Shown: piece after piece, positions 12,839 through 27,957 of the stretch
Position numbering within the stretch: position 1 is the stretch's first letter
Layout of the letters: each line of letters starts with the position of its first letter
From: Auanema rhodensis
Lineage: Eukaryota > Animalia > Nematoda
Length of the DNA: 64,000 nt
Assembly (NCBI GenBank): GCA_964057225.1
Contig: OZ059894.1
Coordinates: forward strand, 3,720,001 to 3,784,000
Reading direction: 5' to 3'
The notes under the pieces: model-generated
Databases searched by the model: none
Told to the model about the DNA's origin: nothing
Seen by the model: only the letters and a program-made list of their open reading frames with translations
Program-made: the position numbers and the translations under genes

Positions 12839-15800
12839 TTTTCTCAATGTAGTATAGTGCATTCGATGCGGATTTTTAAGCTGCATCGATCTGTGTTATC
12901 AGATTTGCGCTAGCTTAAAAATGCACCGAGATATCAACTGATATAAGTTCACACTTATATCCTCGATTTTCACCCTGAAAAATTAATTTTTTTGTTGAAT
13001 AACATCGTCCATCGTCTTTGCCTTGAAAAAAGGAATCTAAAAACATCTACTTTTTGCTAAATTATTTTGAAATTTTTCGAAAAAATTTTTGTCAAAATGT
13101 TTTTGGAAGCAATGTTGAGTGTACATGGAAACTCAACATACACTAATGCATCATTTTTCAAACGATCATAACTAATTTTTGTATTGAGCGTTTCTCAATG
13201 TAGTATAGTGCATTCGATGCGGATTTTTAAGCTGCGTCGATCTGTGTTATCAGATTTGCGCTAGCTTAAAAATGCACCGAGATATCAACTGATATATGTT
13301 CACACTTATATCCTCGATTTTCACCCTGAAGAATTAATTTTTTCGTTGAATAACAATGTCCATCGTCTTCGCCTTGAAAAAAGGAATCTAAAAACATCTA
13401 CTTTTTGCTAAATTATTTTGAAATTTTTCGAAAAAAATTTTGTCAAAATGTTTTTGGAAGCAATGTTGAGTGTACATGGAAACTCAACATACACTAATGC
13501 ATCATTTTTCAAACGATCATAACTAATTTTTGTATCGAGCGTTTCTCAATGTAGTATAGTGCATTCGATGCGGATTTTTAAGCTGCGTCGATCTGTGTTA
13601 TCAGATTTGCGCTAGCTTAAAAATGCACCGAGATATCAACTGATATAAGTTCACACTTATATCCTCGATTTTGACCCTGAAGAATTAATTTTTTCGTTGA
13701 ATAACATCGTCCATCGTTTTTGCCTTGAAAAAAGGAATCTAAAAACATCTACTTTTTGCTAAATTATTTTGAAATTTTTCGAACAAATTTTTGTCAAAAT
13801 GTTTTTGGAAGCAATGTTGATTGTACATGGAAACTCAACATACACTAATGCATCATTTTTCAAACGATCATAACTAATTTTTGTATTGAGCGTTTCTCAA
13901 TGTAGAATAGTGCATTCGATGCAGATTTTTAAGCTGCGTCGGTCTGTGTTATCAGATTTGCGCTAGCTTAAAAATGCACCGAGATATCAACTGATATATG
14001 TTCACACTTATATCCTCGATTTTCACCCTGAAGAATTAATTTTTTCGTTGAATAACAATGTCCATCGTCTTTGCCTTGAAAAAAGGAATCTAAAAACATC
14101 TACTTTTTGCTAAATTATTTTGAAATTTTTCGAAAAAATTTTTGTCAAAATGTTTTTGGAAGCAATGTTGAGTGTACATGGAAACTCAACATACACTAAT
14201 GCATCATTTTTCAAACGATCATAACTAATTTTTGTATTGAGCGTTTCTCAATGTAGAATAGTGCATTCGATGCGGATATTTAAGCTGCGTCGGTCTGTGT
14301 TATCAGATTTGCGCTAGCTTAAAAATGCACCGAGATATCAACTGATATATATTCACACTTATATCCTCGATTTTCACCCTGAAGAATTAATTTTTTCGTT
14401 GAATAACAATGTCCATCGTCTTTGCCTCGAAAAAAGGAATCTAAAAACATCTACTTTTTGCTAAATTATTTTGAAATTTTTCGAAAAAATTTTTGTCAAA
14501 ATGTTTTTGGAAGCAATGTTGAGTGTACATGGAAACTCAACATACACTAATGCATCATTTTTCAAACGATCATAACTAATTTTTGTATTAAGCGTTTCTC
14601 AATGTAGTATAGTGCATTCGATGCGGATTTTTAAGCTGCATCGATCTGTGTTATCAGATTTGCGCTAGCTTAAAAATGCACCGAGATATCAACTGATATA
14701 AGTTCACACTTATATCCTCGATTTTCACCCTGAAAAATTAATTTTTTTGTTGAATAACATCGTCCATCGTCTTTGCCTTGAAAAAAGGAATCTAAAAACA
14801 TCTACTTTTTGCTAAATTATTTTGAAATTTTTCGAAAAAATTTTTGTCAAAATGTTTTTGGAAGCAATGTTGAGTGTACATGGAAACTCAACATACACTA
14901 ATGCATCATTTTTCAAACGATCATAACTAATTTTTGTATTAAGCGTTTCTCAATGTAGTATAGTGCATTCGATGCGGATTTTTAAGCTGCATCGATCTGT
15001 GTTATCAGATTTGCGCTAGCTTAAAAATGCACCGAGATATCAACTGATATATGTTCACACTTATATCCTCGATTTTCACCCTGAAGAATTAATTTTTTCG
15101 TTGAATAACAATGTCCATCGTCTTTGCCTTGAAAAAAGGAATCTAAAAACATCTACTTTTTGCTAAATTATTTTGAAATTTTTCGAAAAAATTTTTGTCA
15201 AAATGTTTTTGGAAGCAATGTTGAGTGTACATGGAAACTCAACATACACTAATGCATCATTTTTCAAACGATCATAACTAATTTTTGTATTAAGCTTTTC
15301 TCAATGTAGTATAGTGCATTCGATGCGGATTTTTAAGCTGCATCGATCTGTGTTATCAGATTTGCGCTAGCTTAAAAATGCACCGAGATATCAACTGATA
15401 TAAGTTCACACTTATATCCTCGATTTTCACCCTGAAAAATTAATTTTTTTGTTGAAAAACATCGTCCATCGTCTTTGCCTTGAAAAAAGGAATCTAAAAA
15501 CATCTACTTTTCGCTAAATTATTTTGAAATTTTTCGAAAAAATTTTTGTCAAAATGTTTTTGGAAGCAATGTTGAGTGTACATGGAAACTCAACATACAC
15601 TAATGCATCATTTTTCAAACGATCATAACTAATTTTTGTATTAAGCGTTTCTCAATGTAGTATAGTGCATTCGATGCGGATTTTTAAGCTGCGTCGGTCT
15701 GTGTTATCAGATTTGCGCTAGCTTAAAAATGCACCGAGATATCAACTGATATAAGTTCACACTTATATCCTCGATTTTGACCCTGAAGAATTAATTTTTT

Positions 15801-18800
15801 CGTTGAATAACATCGTCCATCGTCTTTGCCTTGAAAAAAGGAATCTAAAAACATCTACTTTTTGCTAAATTATTTTGAAATTTTTCGAAAAAATTTTTGT
15901 CAAAATGTTTTTGGAAGCAATGTTGATTGTACATGGAAACTCAACATACACTAATGCATCATTTTTCAAACGATCATAACTAATTTTTGTATTAAGCGTT
16001 TCTCAATGTAGTATAGTGCATTCGATGCGGATTTTTAAGCTGCGTCGGTCTGTGTTATCAGATTTGCGCTAGCTTAAAAATGCACCGAGATATCAACTGA
16101 TATAAGTTCACACTTATATCCTCGATTTTCACCCTGAAGAATTAATTTTTTCGTTGAATAACAATGTCCATCGTCTTTGCCTTGAAAAAAGGAATCTAAA
16201 AACTTCTACTTTTTGCTAAATTATTTTGAAATTTTTCGAAAAAATTTTTGTCAAAATGTTTTTGGAAGCAATGTTGAGTGTACATGGAAACTCAACATAC
16301 ACTAATGCATCATTTTTCAAACGATCATAACTAATTTTTGTATTAAGCGTTTCTCAATGTAGTATAGTGCATTCGATGCGGATTTTTAAGCTGCATCGAT
16401 CTGTGTTATCAGATTTGCGCTAGCTTAAAAATGCACCGAGATATCAACTGATATATGTTCACACTTATATCCTCGATTTTCACCCTGAAGAATTAATTTT
16501 TTCGTTGAATAACAATGTCCATCGTCTTTGCCTTGAAAAAAGGAATCTAAAAACATCTACTTTTTGCTAAATTATTTTGAAATTTTTCGAAAAAATTTTT
16601 GTCAAAATGTTTTTGGAAGCAATGTTGAGTGTACATGGAAACTCAACATACACTAATGCATCATTTTTCAAACGATCATAACTAATTTTTGTATTAAGCT
16701 TTTCTCAATGTAGTATAGTGCATTCGATGCGGATTTTTAAGCTGCATCGATCTGTGTTATCAGATTTGCGCTAGCTTAAAAATGCACCGAGATATCAACT
16801 GATATAAGTTCACACTTATATCCTCGATTTTCACCCTGAAAAATTAATTTTTTTGTTGAAAAACATCGTCCATCGTCTTTGCCTTGAAAAAAGGAATCTA
16901 AAAACATCTACTTTTCGCTAAATTATTTTGAAATTTTTCGAAAAAATTTTTGTCAAAATGTTTTTGGAAGCAATGTTGAGTGTACATGGAAACTCAACAT
17001 ACACTAATGCATCATTTTTCAAACGATCATAACTAATTTTTGTATTAAGCTTTTCTCAATGTAGTATAGTGCATTCGATGCGGATTTTTAAGCTGCATCG
17101 ATCTGTGTTATCAGATTTGCGCTAGCTTAAAAATGCACCGAGATATCAACTGATATAAGTTCACACTTATATCCTCGATTTTCACCCTGAAAAATTAATT
17201 TTTTTGTTGAATAACATCGTCCATCGTCTTTGCCTTGAAAAAAGGAATCTAAAAACATCTACTTTTTGCTAAATTATTTTGAAATTTTTCGAAAAAATTT
17301 TTGTCAAAATGTTTTTGGAAGCAATGTTGAGTGTACATGGAAACTCAACATACACTAATGCATCATTTTTCAAACGATCATAACTAATTTTTGTATTGAG
17401 CGTTTCTCAATGTAGTATAGTGCATTCGATGCGGATTTTTAAGCTGCGTCGATCTGTGTTATCAGATTTGCGCTAGCTTAAAAATGCACCGAGATATCAA
17501 CTGATATATGTTCACACTTATATCCTCGATTTTCACCCTGAAGAATTAATTTTTTCGTTGAATAACAATGTCCATCGTCTTCGCCTTGAAAAAAGGAATC
17601 TAAAAACATCTACTTTTTGCTAAATTATTTTGAAATTTTTCGAAAAAAATTTTGTCAAAATGTTTTTGGAAGCAATGTTGAGTGTACATGGAAACTCAAC
17701 ATACACTAATGCATCATTTTTCAAACGATCATAACTAATTTTTGTATCGAGCGTTTCTCAATGTAGTATAGTGCATTCGATGCGGATTTTTAAGCTGCGT
17801 CGATCTGTGTTATCAGATTTGCGCTAGCTTAAAAATGCACCGAGATATCAACTGATATAAGTTCACACTTATATCCTCGATTTTGACCCTGAAGAATTAA
17901 TTTTTTCGTTGAATAACATCGTCCATCGTTTTTGCCTTGAAAAAAGGAATCTAAAAACATCTACTTTTTGCTAAATTATTTTGAAATTTTTCGAACAAAT
18001 TTTTGTCAAAATGTTTTTGGAAGCAATGTTGATTGTACATGGAAACTCAACATACACTAATGCATCATTTTTCAAACGATCATAACTAATTTTTGTATTG
18101 AGCGTTTCTCAATGTAGAATAGTGCATTCGATGCAGATTTTTAAGCTGCGTCGGTCTGTGTTATCAGATTTGCGCTAGCTTAAAAATGCACCGAGATATC
18201 AACTGATATATGTTCACACTTATATCCTCGATTTTCACCCTGAAGAATTAATTTTTTCGTTGAATAACAATGTCCATCGTCTTTGCCTTGAAAAAAGGAA
18301 TCTAAAAACATCTACTTTTTGCTAAATTATTTTGAAATTTTTCGAAAAAATTTTTGTCAAAATGTTTTTGGAAGCAATGTTGAGTGTACATGGAAACTCA
18401 ACATACACTAATGCATCATTTTTCAAACGATCATAACTAATTTTTGTATTGAGCGTTTCTCAATGTAGAATAGTGCATTCGATGCGGATATTTAAGCTGC
18501 GTCGGTCTGTGTTATCAGATTTGCGCTAGCTTAAAAATGCACCGAGATATCAACTGATATATATTCACACTTATATCCTCGATTTTCACCCTGAAGAATT
18601 AATTTTTTCGTTGAATAACAATGTCCATCGTCTTTGCCTCGAAAAAAGGAATCTAAAAACATCTACTTTTTGCTAAATTATTTTGAAATTTTTCGAAAAA
18701 ATTTTTGTCAAAATGTTTTTGGAAGCAATGTTGAGTGTACATGGAAACTCAACATACACTAATGCATCATTTTTCAAACGATCATAACTAATTTTTGTAT

Positions 18801-19150
18801 TAAGCGTTTCTCAATGTAGTATAGTGCATTCGATGCGGATTTTTAAGCTGCATCGATCTGTGTTATCAGATTTGCGCTAGCTTAAAAATGCACCGAGATA
18901 TCAACTGATATAAGTTCACACTTATATCCTCGATTTTCACCCTGAAAAATTAATTTTTTTGTTGAATAACATCGTCCATCGTCTTTGCCTTGAAAAAAGG
19001 AATCTAAAAACATCTACTTTTTGCTAAATTATTTTGAAATTTTTCGAAAAAATTTTTGTCAAAATGTTTTTGGAAGCAATGTTGAGTGTACATGGAAACT
19101 CAACATACACTAATGCATCATTTTTCAAACGATCATAACTAATTTTTGTA
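10590..19150. repeat. 12-monomer tandem duplication (4212-bp period)
   Basis: Markers 4212 bp apart: 11245/15457, 12649/16861, 13536/17748, 13923/18135, 14278/18490, 14428/18640. Confidence 0.92.
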
Positions 19151-22100
19151 TTGAGCGTTTCTCAATGTAGTATAGTGCATTCGATGCGGATTTTTAAGCT
19201 GCGTCGATCTGTGTTATCAGATTTGCGCTAGCTTAAAAATGCACCGAGATATCAACTGATATAAGTTCACACTTATATCCTCGATTTTGACCCTGAAGAA
19301 TTAATTTTTTCGTTGAATAACATCGTCCATCGTCTTTGCCTTGAAAAAAGGAATCTAAAAACATCTACTTTTTGCTAAATTATTTTGAAATTTTTCGAAC
19401 AAATTTTTGTCAAAATGTTTTTGGAAGCAATGTTGATTGTACATGGAAACTCAACATACACTAATGCATCATTTTTCAAACGATCATAACTAATTTTTGT
19501 ATTGAGCGTTTCTCAATGTAGAATAGTGCATTCGATGCGGATTTTTAAGCTGCGTCGGTCTGTGTTATCAGATTTGCGCTAGCTTAAAAATGCACCGAGA
19601 TATCAACTGATATATATTCACACTTATATCCTCGATTTTCACCCTGAAGAATTAATTTTTTCGTTGAATAACAATGTCCATCGTCTTTGCCTTAAAAAAA
19701 GGAATCTAAAAACATCTACTTTTTGCTAAATTATTTTGAAATTTTTCGAAAAAATTTTTGTCAAAATGTTTTTGGAAGCAATGTTGATTGTACATGGAAA
19801 CTCAACATACACTAATGCATCATTTTTCAAACGATCATAACTAATTTTTGTATTAAGCGTTTCTCAATGTAGTATAGTGCATTCGATGCGGATTTTTAAG
19901 CTGCGTCGGTCTGTGTTATCAGATTTGCGCTAGCTTAAAAATGCACCGAGATATCAACTGATATAAGTTCACACTTATATCCTCGATTTTCACCCTGAAG
20001 AATTAATTTTTTCGTTGAATAACAATGTCCATCGTCTTTGCCTTGAAAAAAGGAATCTAAAAACTTCTACTTTTTGCTAAATTATTTTGAAATTTTTCGA
20101 AAAAATTTTTGTCAAAATGTTTTTGGAAGCAATGTTGAGTGTACATGGAAACTCAACATACACTAATGCATCATTTTTCAAACGATCATAACTAATTTTT
20201 GTATTAAGCGTTTCTCAATGTAGTATAGTGCATTCGATGCGGATTTTTAAGCTGCATCGATCTGTGTTATCAGATTTGCGCTAGCTTAAAAATGCACCGA
20301 GATATCAACTGATATAAGTTCACACTTATATCCTCGATTTTCACCCTGAAAAATTAATTTTTTTGTTGAATAACATCGTCCATCGTCTTTGCCTTGAAAA
20401 AAGGAATCTAAAAACATCTACTTTTTGCTAAATTATTTTGAAATTTTTCGAAAAAATTTTTGTCAAAATGTTTTTGGAAGCAATGTTGAGTGTACATGGA
20501 AACTCAACATACACTAATGCATCATTTTTCAAACGATCATAACTAATTTTTGTATTGAGCGTTTCTCAATGTAGAATAGTGCATTCGATGCGGATTTTTA
20601 AGCTGCGTCGGTCTGTGTTATCAGATTTGCGCTAGCTTAAAAATGCACCGAGATATCAACTGATATATGTTCACACTTATATCCTCGATTTTGACCCTGA
20701 AGAATTAATTTTTTCGTTGAATAACAATGTCCATCGTCTTTGCCTTGAAAAAAGGAATCTAAAAACATCTACTTTTTGCTAAATTATTTTGAAATTTTTC
20801 GAAAAAATTTTTGTCAAAATGTTTTTGGAAGCAATGTTGATTGTACATGGAAACTCAACATACACTAATGCATCATTTTTCAAACGATCATAACTAATTT
20901 TTGTATTGAGCGTTTCTCAATGTAGAATAGTGCATTCGATGCGGATTTTTAAGCTGCGTCGGTCTGTGTTATCAGATTTGCGCTAGCTTAAAAATGCACC
21001 GAGATATCAACTGATATATGTTCACACTTATATCCTCGATTTTGACCCTGAAGAATTAATTTTTTCGTTGAATAACAATGTCCATCGTCTTTGCCTTGAA
21101 AAAAGGAATCTAAAAACATCTACTTTTTGCTAAATTATTTTGAAATTTTTCGAACAAATTTTTGTCAAAATGTTTTTGGAAGCAATGTTGATTGTACATG
21201 GAAACTCAACATACACTAATGCATCATTTTTCAAACGATCATAACTAATTTTTGTATTGAGCGTTTCTCAATGTAGAATAGTGCATTCGATGCGGATTTT
21301 TAAGCTGCGTCGGTCTGTGTTATCAGATTTGCGCTAGCTTAAAAATGCACCGAGATATCAACTGATATATGTTCACACTTATATCCTCGATTTTGACCCT
21401 GAAGAATTAATTTTTTCGTTGAATAACAATGTCCATCGTCTTTGCCTTGAAAAAAGGAATCTAAAAACATCTACTTTTTGCTAAATTATTTTGAAATTTT
21501 TCGAAAAAATTTTTGTCAAAATGTTTTTGGAAGCAATGTTGAGTGTACATGGAAACTCAACATACACTAATGCATCATTTTTCAAACGATCATAACTAAT
21601 TTTTGTATTAAGCGTTTCTCAATCTAGTATAGTGCATTCGATGCGGATTTTTGAGCTGCGTCGGTCTGTGTTATCAGATTTGCGCTAGCTTAAAAATGCA
21701 CCGAGATATCAACTGATATATGTTCACACTTATATCCTCGATTTTCACCCTGAAGAATTAATTTTTTCGTTGAATAACAATGTCCATCGTCTTTGCCTTG
21801 AAAAAAGGAATCTAAAAACATCTACTTTTTGCTAAATTATTTTGAAATTTTTCGAAAAAATTTTTGTCAAAATGTTTTTGGAAGCAATGTTGAGTGTACA
21901 TGGAAACTCAACATACACTAATGCATCATTTTTCAAACGATCATAACTAATTTTTGTATTAAGCGTTTCTCAATGTAGTATAGTGCATTCGATGCGGATT
22001 TTTAAGCTGCATCGATCTGTGTTATCAGATTTGCGCTAGCTTAAAAATGCACCGAGATATCAACTGATATAAGTTCACACTTATATCCTCGATTTTCACC

Positions 22101-25100
22101 CTGAAGAATTAATTTTTTCGTTGAATAACAATGTCCATCGTCTTCGCCTTGAAAAAAGGAATCTAAAAACATCTACTTTTTGCTAAATTATTTTGAAATT
22201 TTTCGAAAAAAATTTTGTCAAAATGTTTTTGGAAGCAATGTTGAGTGTACATGGAAACTCAACATACACTAATGCATCATTTTTCAAACGATCATAACTA
22301 ATTTTTGTATCGAGCGTTTCTCAATGTAGTATAGTGCATTCGATGCGGATTTTTAAGCTGCGTCGATCTGTGTTATCAGATTTGCGCTAGCTTAAAAATG
22401 CACCGAGATATCAACTGATATAAGTTCACACTTATATCCTCGATTTTGACCCTGAAGAATTAATTTTTTCGTTGAATAACATCGTCCATCGTCTTTGCCT
22501 TGAAAAAAGGAATCTAAAAACATCTACTTTTTGCTAAATTATTTTGAAATTTTTCGAACAAATTTTTGTCAAAATGTTTTTGGAAGCAATGTTGATTGTA
22601 CATGGAAACTCAACATACACTAATGCATCATTTTTCAAACGATCATAACTAATTTTTGTATTGAGCGTTTCTCAATGTAGAATAGTGCATTCGATGCGGA
22701 TTTTTAAGCTGCGTCGGTCTGTGTTATCAGATTTGCGCTAGCTTAAAAATGCACCGAGATATCAACTGATATATGTTCACACTTATATCCTCGATTTTCA
22801 CCCTGAAGAATTAATTTTTTCGTTGAATAACAATGTCCATCGTCTTTGCCTTGAAAAAAGGAATCTAAAAACATCTACTTTTTGCTAAATTATTTTGAAA
22901 TTTTTCGAAAAAATTTTTGTCAAAATGTTTTTGGAAGCAATGTTGAGTGTACATGGAAACTCAACATACACTAATGCATCATTTTTCAAACGATCATAAC
23001 TAATTTTTGTATTAAGCGTTTCTCAATGTAGTATAGTGCATTTGATGCGGATTTTTAAGCTGCATCGATCTGTGTTATCAGATTTGCGCTAGCTTAAAAA
23101 TGCACCGAGATATCAACTGATATAAGTTCACACTTATATCCTCGATTTTCACCCTGAAAAATTAATTTTTTTGTTGAATAACATCGTCCATCGTCTTTGC
23201 CTTGAAAAAAGGAATCTAAAAACATCTACTTTTTGCTAAATTATTTTGAAATTTTTCGAAAAAATTTTTGTCAAAATGTTTTTGGAAGCAATGTTGAGTG
23301 TACATGGAAACTCAACATACACTAATGCATCATTTTTCAAACGATCATAACTAATTTTTGTATTGAGCGTTTCTCAATGTAGTATAGTGCATTCGATGCG
23401 GATTTTTAAGCTGCGTCGATCTGTGTTATCAGATTTGCGCTAGCTTAAAAATGCACCGAGATATCAACTGATATAAGTTCACACTTATATCCTCGATTTT
23501 GACCCTGAAGAATTAATTTTTTCGTTGAATAACATCGTCCATCGTCTTTGCCTTGAAAAAAGGAATCTAAAAACATCTACTTTTTGCTAAATTATTTTGA
23601 AATTTTTCGAAAAAATTTTTGTCAAAATGTTTTTGGAAGCAATGTTGATTGTACATGGAAACTCAACATACACTAATGCATCATTTTTCAAACGATCATA
23701 ACTAATTTTTGTATTAAGCGTTTCTCAATGTAGTATAGTGCATTCGATGCCGATTTTTAAGCTGCATCGATCTGTGTTATCAGATTTGCGCTAGCTTAAA
23801 AATGCACCGAGATATCAACTGATATATGTTCACACTTATATCCTCGATTTTCACCCTGAAGAATTAATTTTTTCGTTGAATAACAATGTCCATCGTCTTT
23901 GCCTTGAAAAAAGGAATCTAAAAACATCTACTTTTTGCTAAATTATTTTGAAATTTTTCGAAAAAATTTTTGTCAAAATGTTTTTGGAAGCAATGTTGAG
24001 TGTACATGGAAACTCAACATACACTAATGCATCATTTTTCAAACGATCATAACTAATTTTCGTATTAAGCTTTTCTCAATGTAGTATAGTGCATTCGATG
24101 CGGATTTTTAAGCTGCATCGATCTGTGTTATCAGATTTGCGCTAGCTTAAAAATGCACCGAGATATCAACTGATATATGTTCACACTTATATCCTCGATT
24201 TTCACCCTGAAAAATTAATTTTTTTGTTGAATAACATCGTCCATCGTCTTTGCCTTGAAAAAAGGAATCTAAAAACATCTACTTTTTGCTAAATTATTTT
24301 GAAATTTTTCGAAAAAATTTTTGCCAAAATGTTTTTGGAAGCAATGTTGAGTGTACATGGAAACTCAACATACACTAATGCATCATTTTTCAAACGATCA
24401 TAACTAATTTTTGTATTGAGCGTTTCTCAATGTAGTATAGTGCATTCGATGCGGATTTTTAAGCTGCGTCGATCTGTGTTATCAGATTTGCGCTAGCTTA
24501 AAAATGCACCGAGATATCAACTGGTATAAGTTCACACTTATATCCTCGATTTTGACCCTGAAGAATTAATTTTTTCGTTGAATAACATCGTCCATCGTCT
24601 TTGCCTTGAAAAAAGGAATCTAAAAACATCTACTTTTTGCTAAATTATTTTGAAATTTTTCGAAAAAATTTTTGTCAAAATGTTTTTGGAAGCAATGTTG
24701 AGTGTACATGGAAACTCAACATACACTAATGCATCATTTTTCAAACGATCATAACTAATTTTTGTATTGAGCGTTTCTCAATGTAGTATAGTGCATTCGA
24801 TGCGGATTTTTAAGCTGCGTCGATCTGTGTTATCAGATTTGCGCTAGCTTAAAAATGCACCGAGATATCAACTGATATAAGTTCACACTTATATCCTCGA
24901 TTTTGACCCTGAAGAATTAATTTTTTCGTTGAATAACATCGTCCATCGTCTTTGCCTTGAAAAAAGGAATCTAAAAACATCTACTTTTTGCTAAATTATT
25001 TTGAAATTTTTCGAAAAAATTTTTGTCAAAATGTTTTTGGAAGCAATGTTGATTGTACATGGAAACTCAACATACACTAATGCATCATTTTTCAAACGAT

Positions 25101-25199
25101 CATAACTAATTTTTGTATTAAGCGTTTCTCAATGTAGTATAGTGCATTCGATGCGGATTTTTAAGCTGCGTCGGTCTGTGTTATCAGATTTGCGCTAGC

Positions 25200-27800
25200 T
25201 TAAAAATGCACCTAGATATCAACTGATATAAGTTCACACCTATATCCTCGATTTTCACCCTGAAGAATTAATTTTTTCGTTGAATAACATTGTCCATCGT
25301 TTTTGCCTTGAAAAAAGTAATCTAAAAACATCTACTTTTTGCTAAATTATTTTGAAATTTTTCGAAAAAATTTTTGTCAAAATGTTTTTGGAAGCAATTT
25401 TGAGTGTACATGGAAACTCAACATACACTAATGCATCATTTTTCAAACGATCATAACTAATTTTTGTATTAAGCTTTTCTTAATGTAGTATAGTGCATTC
25501 GATGCGGATTTTTAAGCTGCGTCGATCTGTGTTATCAGATTTCCGCTAGCTTAAAAATGCACCGAGATATCAACTGATATAAGTTCACACTTATATCCTC
25601 GATTTTCACCCTGAAGAATTAATTTTTTCGTTGAATAACATTGTCCATCGTTTTTGCCTCAAAAAAAGGAATCTAAAAACATCTACTTTTCGCTAAATTA
25701 TTTTGAAATTTTTCGAAAAAATTTTTGTCAAAATGTTTTTGGAAGCAATTTTGAGTGTACATGGAAACTCAACATACACTAATGCATCATTTTTCAAACG
25801 ATCATAACTAATTTTTGTTATAAGCTTTTCTTAATGTAGTATAGTGCATTCGATGCGGATTTTTAAGCTGCGTCGATCTGTGGTATCAGATTTCCGCTAG
25901 CTTAAAAATGCAACGAGATATCAACTGATATAAGTTCACACTTATATCCTCGATTTTCACCCTGAAGAATTAATTTTTTCGTTGAATAACATTGTCCATC
26001 GTTTTCGCCTCGAAAAAAGGAATCTAAAAACATCTACTTTTCGCTAAATTATTTTGAAATTTTTCGAAAAAATTTTTGTCAAAATGTTTTTGGAAGCAAT
26101 GTTGAGTGTACATGGAAACTCAACATACACTAATGCATCATTTTTCAAACGATCATAACTAATTTTTGTATTGAGCGTTTCTCAATGTAGTATAGTGCAT
26201 TCGATGCGGATTTTTAAGCTGCGTCGATCTGTGTTATCAGATTTGCGCTAGCTTAAAAATGCACCGAGATATCAACTGATATAAGTTCACACTTATATCC
26301 TCGATTTTCACCCTGAAGAATTAATTTTTTCGTTGAATAACATTGTCCATCGTCTTTGCCTTGAAAAAAAAAATCTGAAAACATCTACTTTTTGCTAAAT
26401 TATTTTGAAATTTTTCGAAAAAATTTTTGTCAAAATGTTTTTGGAAGCAATGTTGAGTGTACATGGAAACTCAACATACACTAATGCATCATTTTTCAAA
26501 CGATCATAACTAATTTTTGTATTAAGCGTTTCTCAATGTAGTATAGTGCATTCGATGCGGATTTTTAAGCTGCGTCGATCTGTGGTATCAGATTTCCGCT
26601 AGCTTAAAAATGCAACGAGATATCAACTGATATAAGTTCACACTTATATCCTCGATTTTCACCCTGCAGAATTAATTTTTTCGTTGAATAACATTGTCCA
26701 TCGTTTTTTCCTCGAAAAAAGGAATCTAAAAACATCTACTTTTCGCTAAATTATTTTGAAATTTTTCGAAAAAATTTTTGTCAAAATGTTTTTGGAAGCA
26801 ATTTTGAGTGTACATGGAAACTCAACATACACTAATGCATCATTTTTCAAACGATCATAACTAATTTTTGTATTAAGCTTTTCTTAATGTAGTATAGTGC
26901 ATTCGATGCGGATTTTTAAGCTGCGTCGATCTGTGGTATCAGATTTCCGCTAGCTTAAAAATGCAACGAGATATCAACTGATATAAGTTCACACTTATAT
27001 CCTCGATTTTCACCCTGAAGAATTAATTTTTTCGTTGAATAACATTGTCCATCGTTTTCGCCTCGAAAAAAGGAATCTAAAAACATCTACTTTTCGCTAA
27101 ATTATTTTGAAATTTTTCGAAAAAATTTTTGTCAAAATGTTTTTGGAAGCAATGTTGAGTGTACATGGAAACTCAACATACACTAATGCATCATTTTTCA
27201 AACGATCATAACTAATTTTTGTATTGAGCGTTTCTCAATGTAGTATAGTGCATTCGATGCGGATTTTTAAGCTGCGTCGATCTGTGTTATCAGATTTGCG
27301 CTAGCTTAAAAATGCACCGAGATATCAACTGATATAAGTTCACACTTATATCCTCGATTTTCACCCTGAAGAATTAATTTTTTCGTTGAATAACATTGTC
27401 CATCGTCTTTGCCTTGAAAAAAAAAATCTGAAAACATCTACTTTTTGCTAAATTATTTTGAAATTTTTCGAAAAAATTTTTGTCAAAATGTTTTTGGAAG
27501 CAATGTTGAGTGTACATGGAAACTCAACATACACTAATGCATCATTTTTCAAACGATCATAACTAATTTTTGTATTAAGCGTTTCTCAATGTAGTATAGT
27601 GCATTCGATGCGGATTTTTAAGCTGCGTCGATCTGTGTTATCAGATTTGCGCTAGCTTAAGAATGCACCGAGATATCAACTGATATAAGTTCACACTTAT
27701 ATCCTCGATTTTCACCCTGAAGAATTAATTTTTTCGTTGAATAACATTGTCCATCGTTTTCGCCTCGAAAAAAGGAATCTAAAAACATCTACTTTTCGCT
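25200..27800. repeat. Divergent monomer subfamily patch
   Basis: Cluster of variants largely absent upstream: CCTAGA, AAAGTAA, AATTTTGAG, CTTAATG, GTGGTATC, TTTCCGC, GCAACGAG, A10-TCTG. Internal 3-mer period (25883/26936; 26377/27430). Confidence 0.85.
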
Positions 27801-27957
27801 AAATTATTTTGAAATTTTTCGAAAAAATTTTTGTCAAAATGTTTTTGGAAGCAATGTTGAGTGTACATGGAAACTCAACATACACTAATGCATCATTTTT
27901 CAAACGATCATAACTAATTTTTGTATTGAGCGTTTCTCAATGTAGTATAGTGCATTC

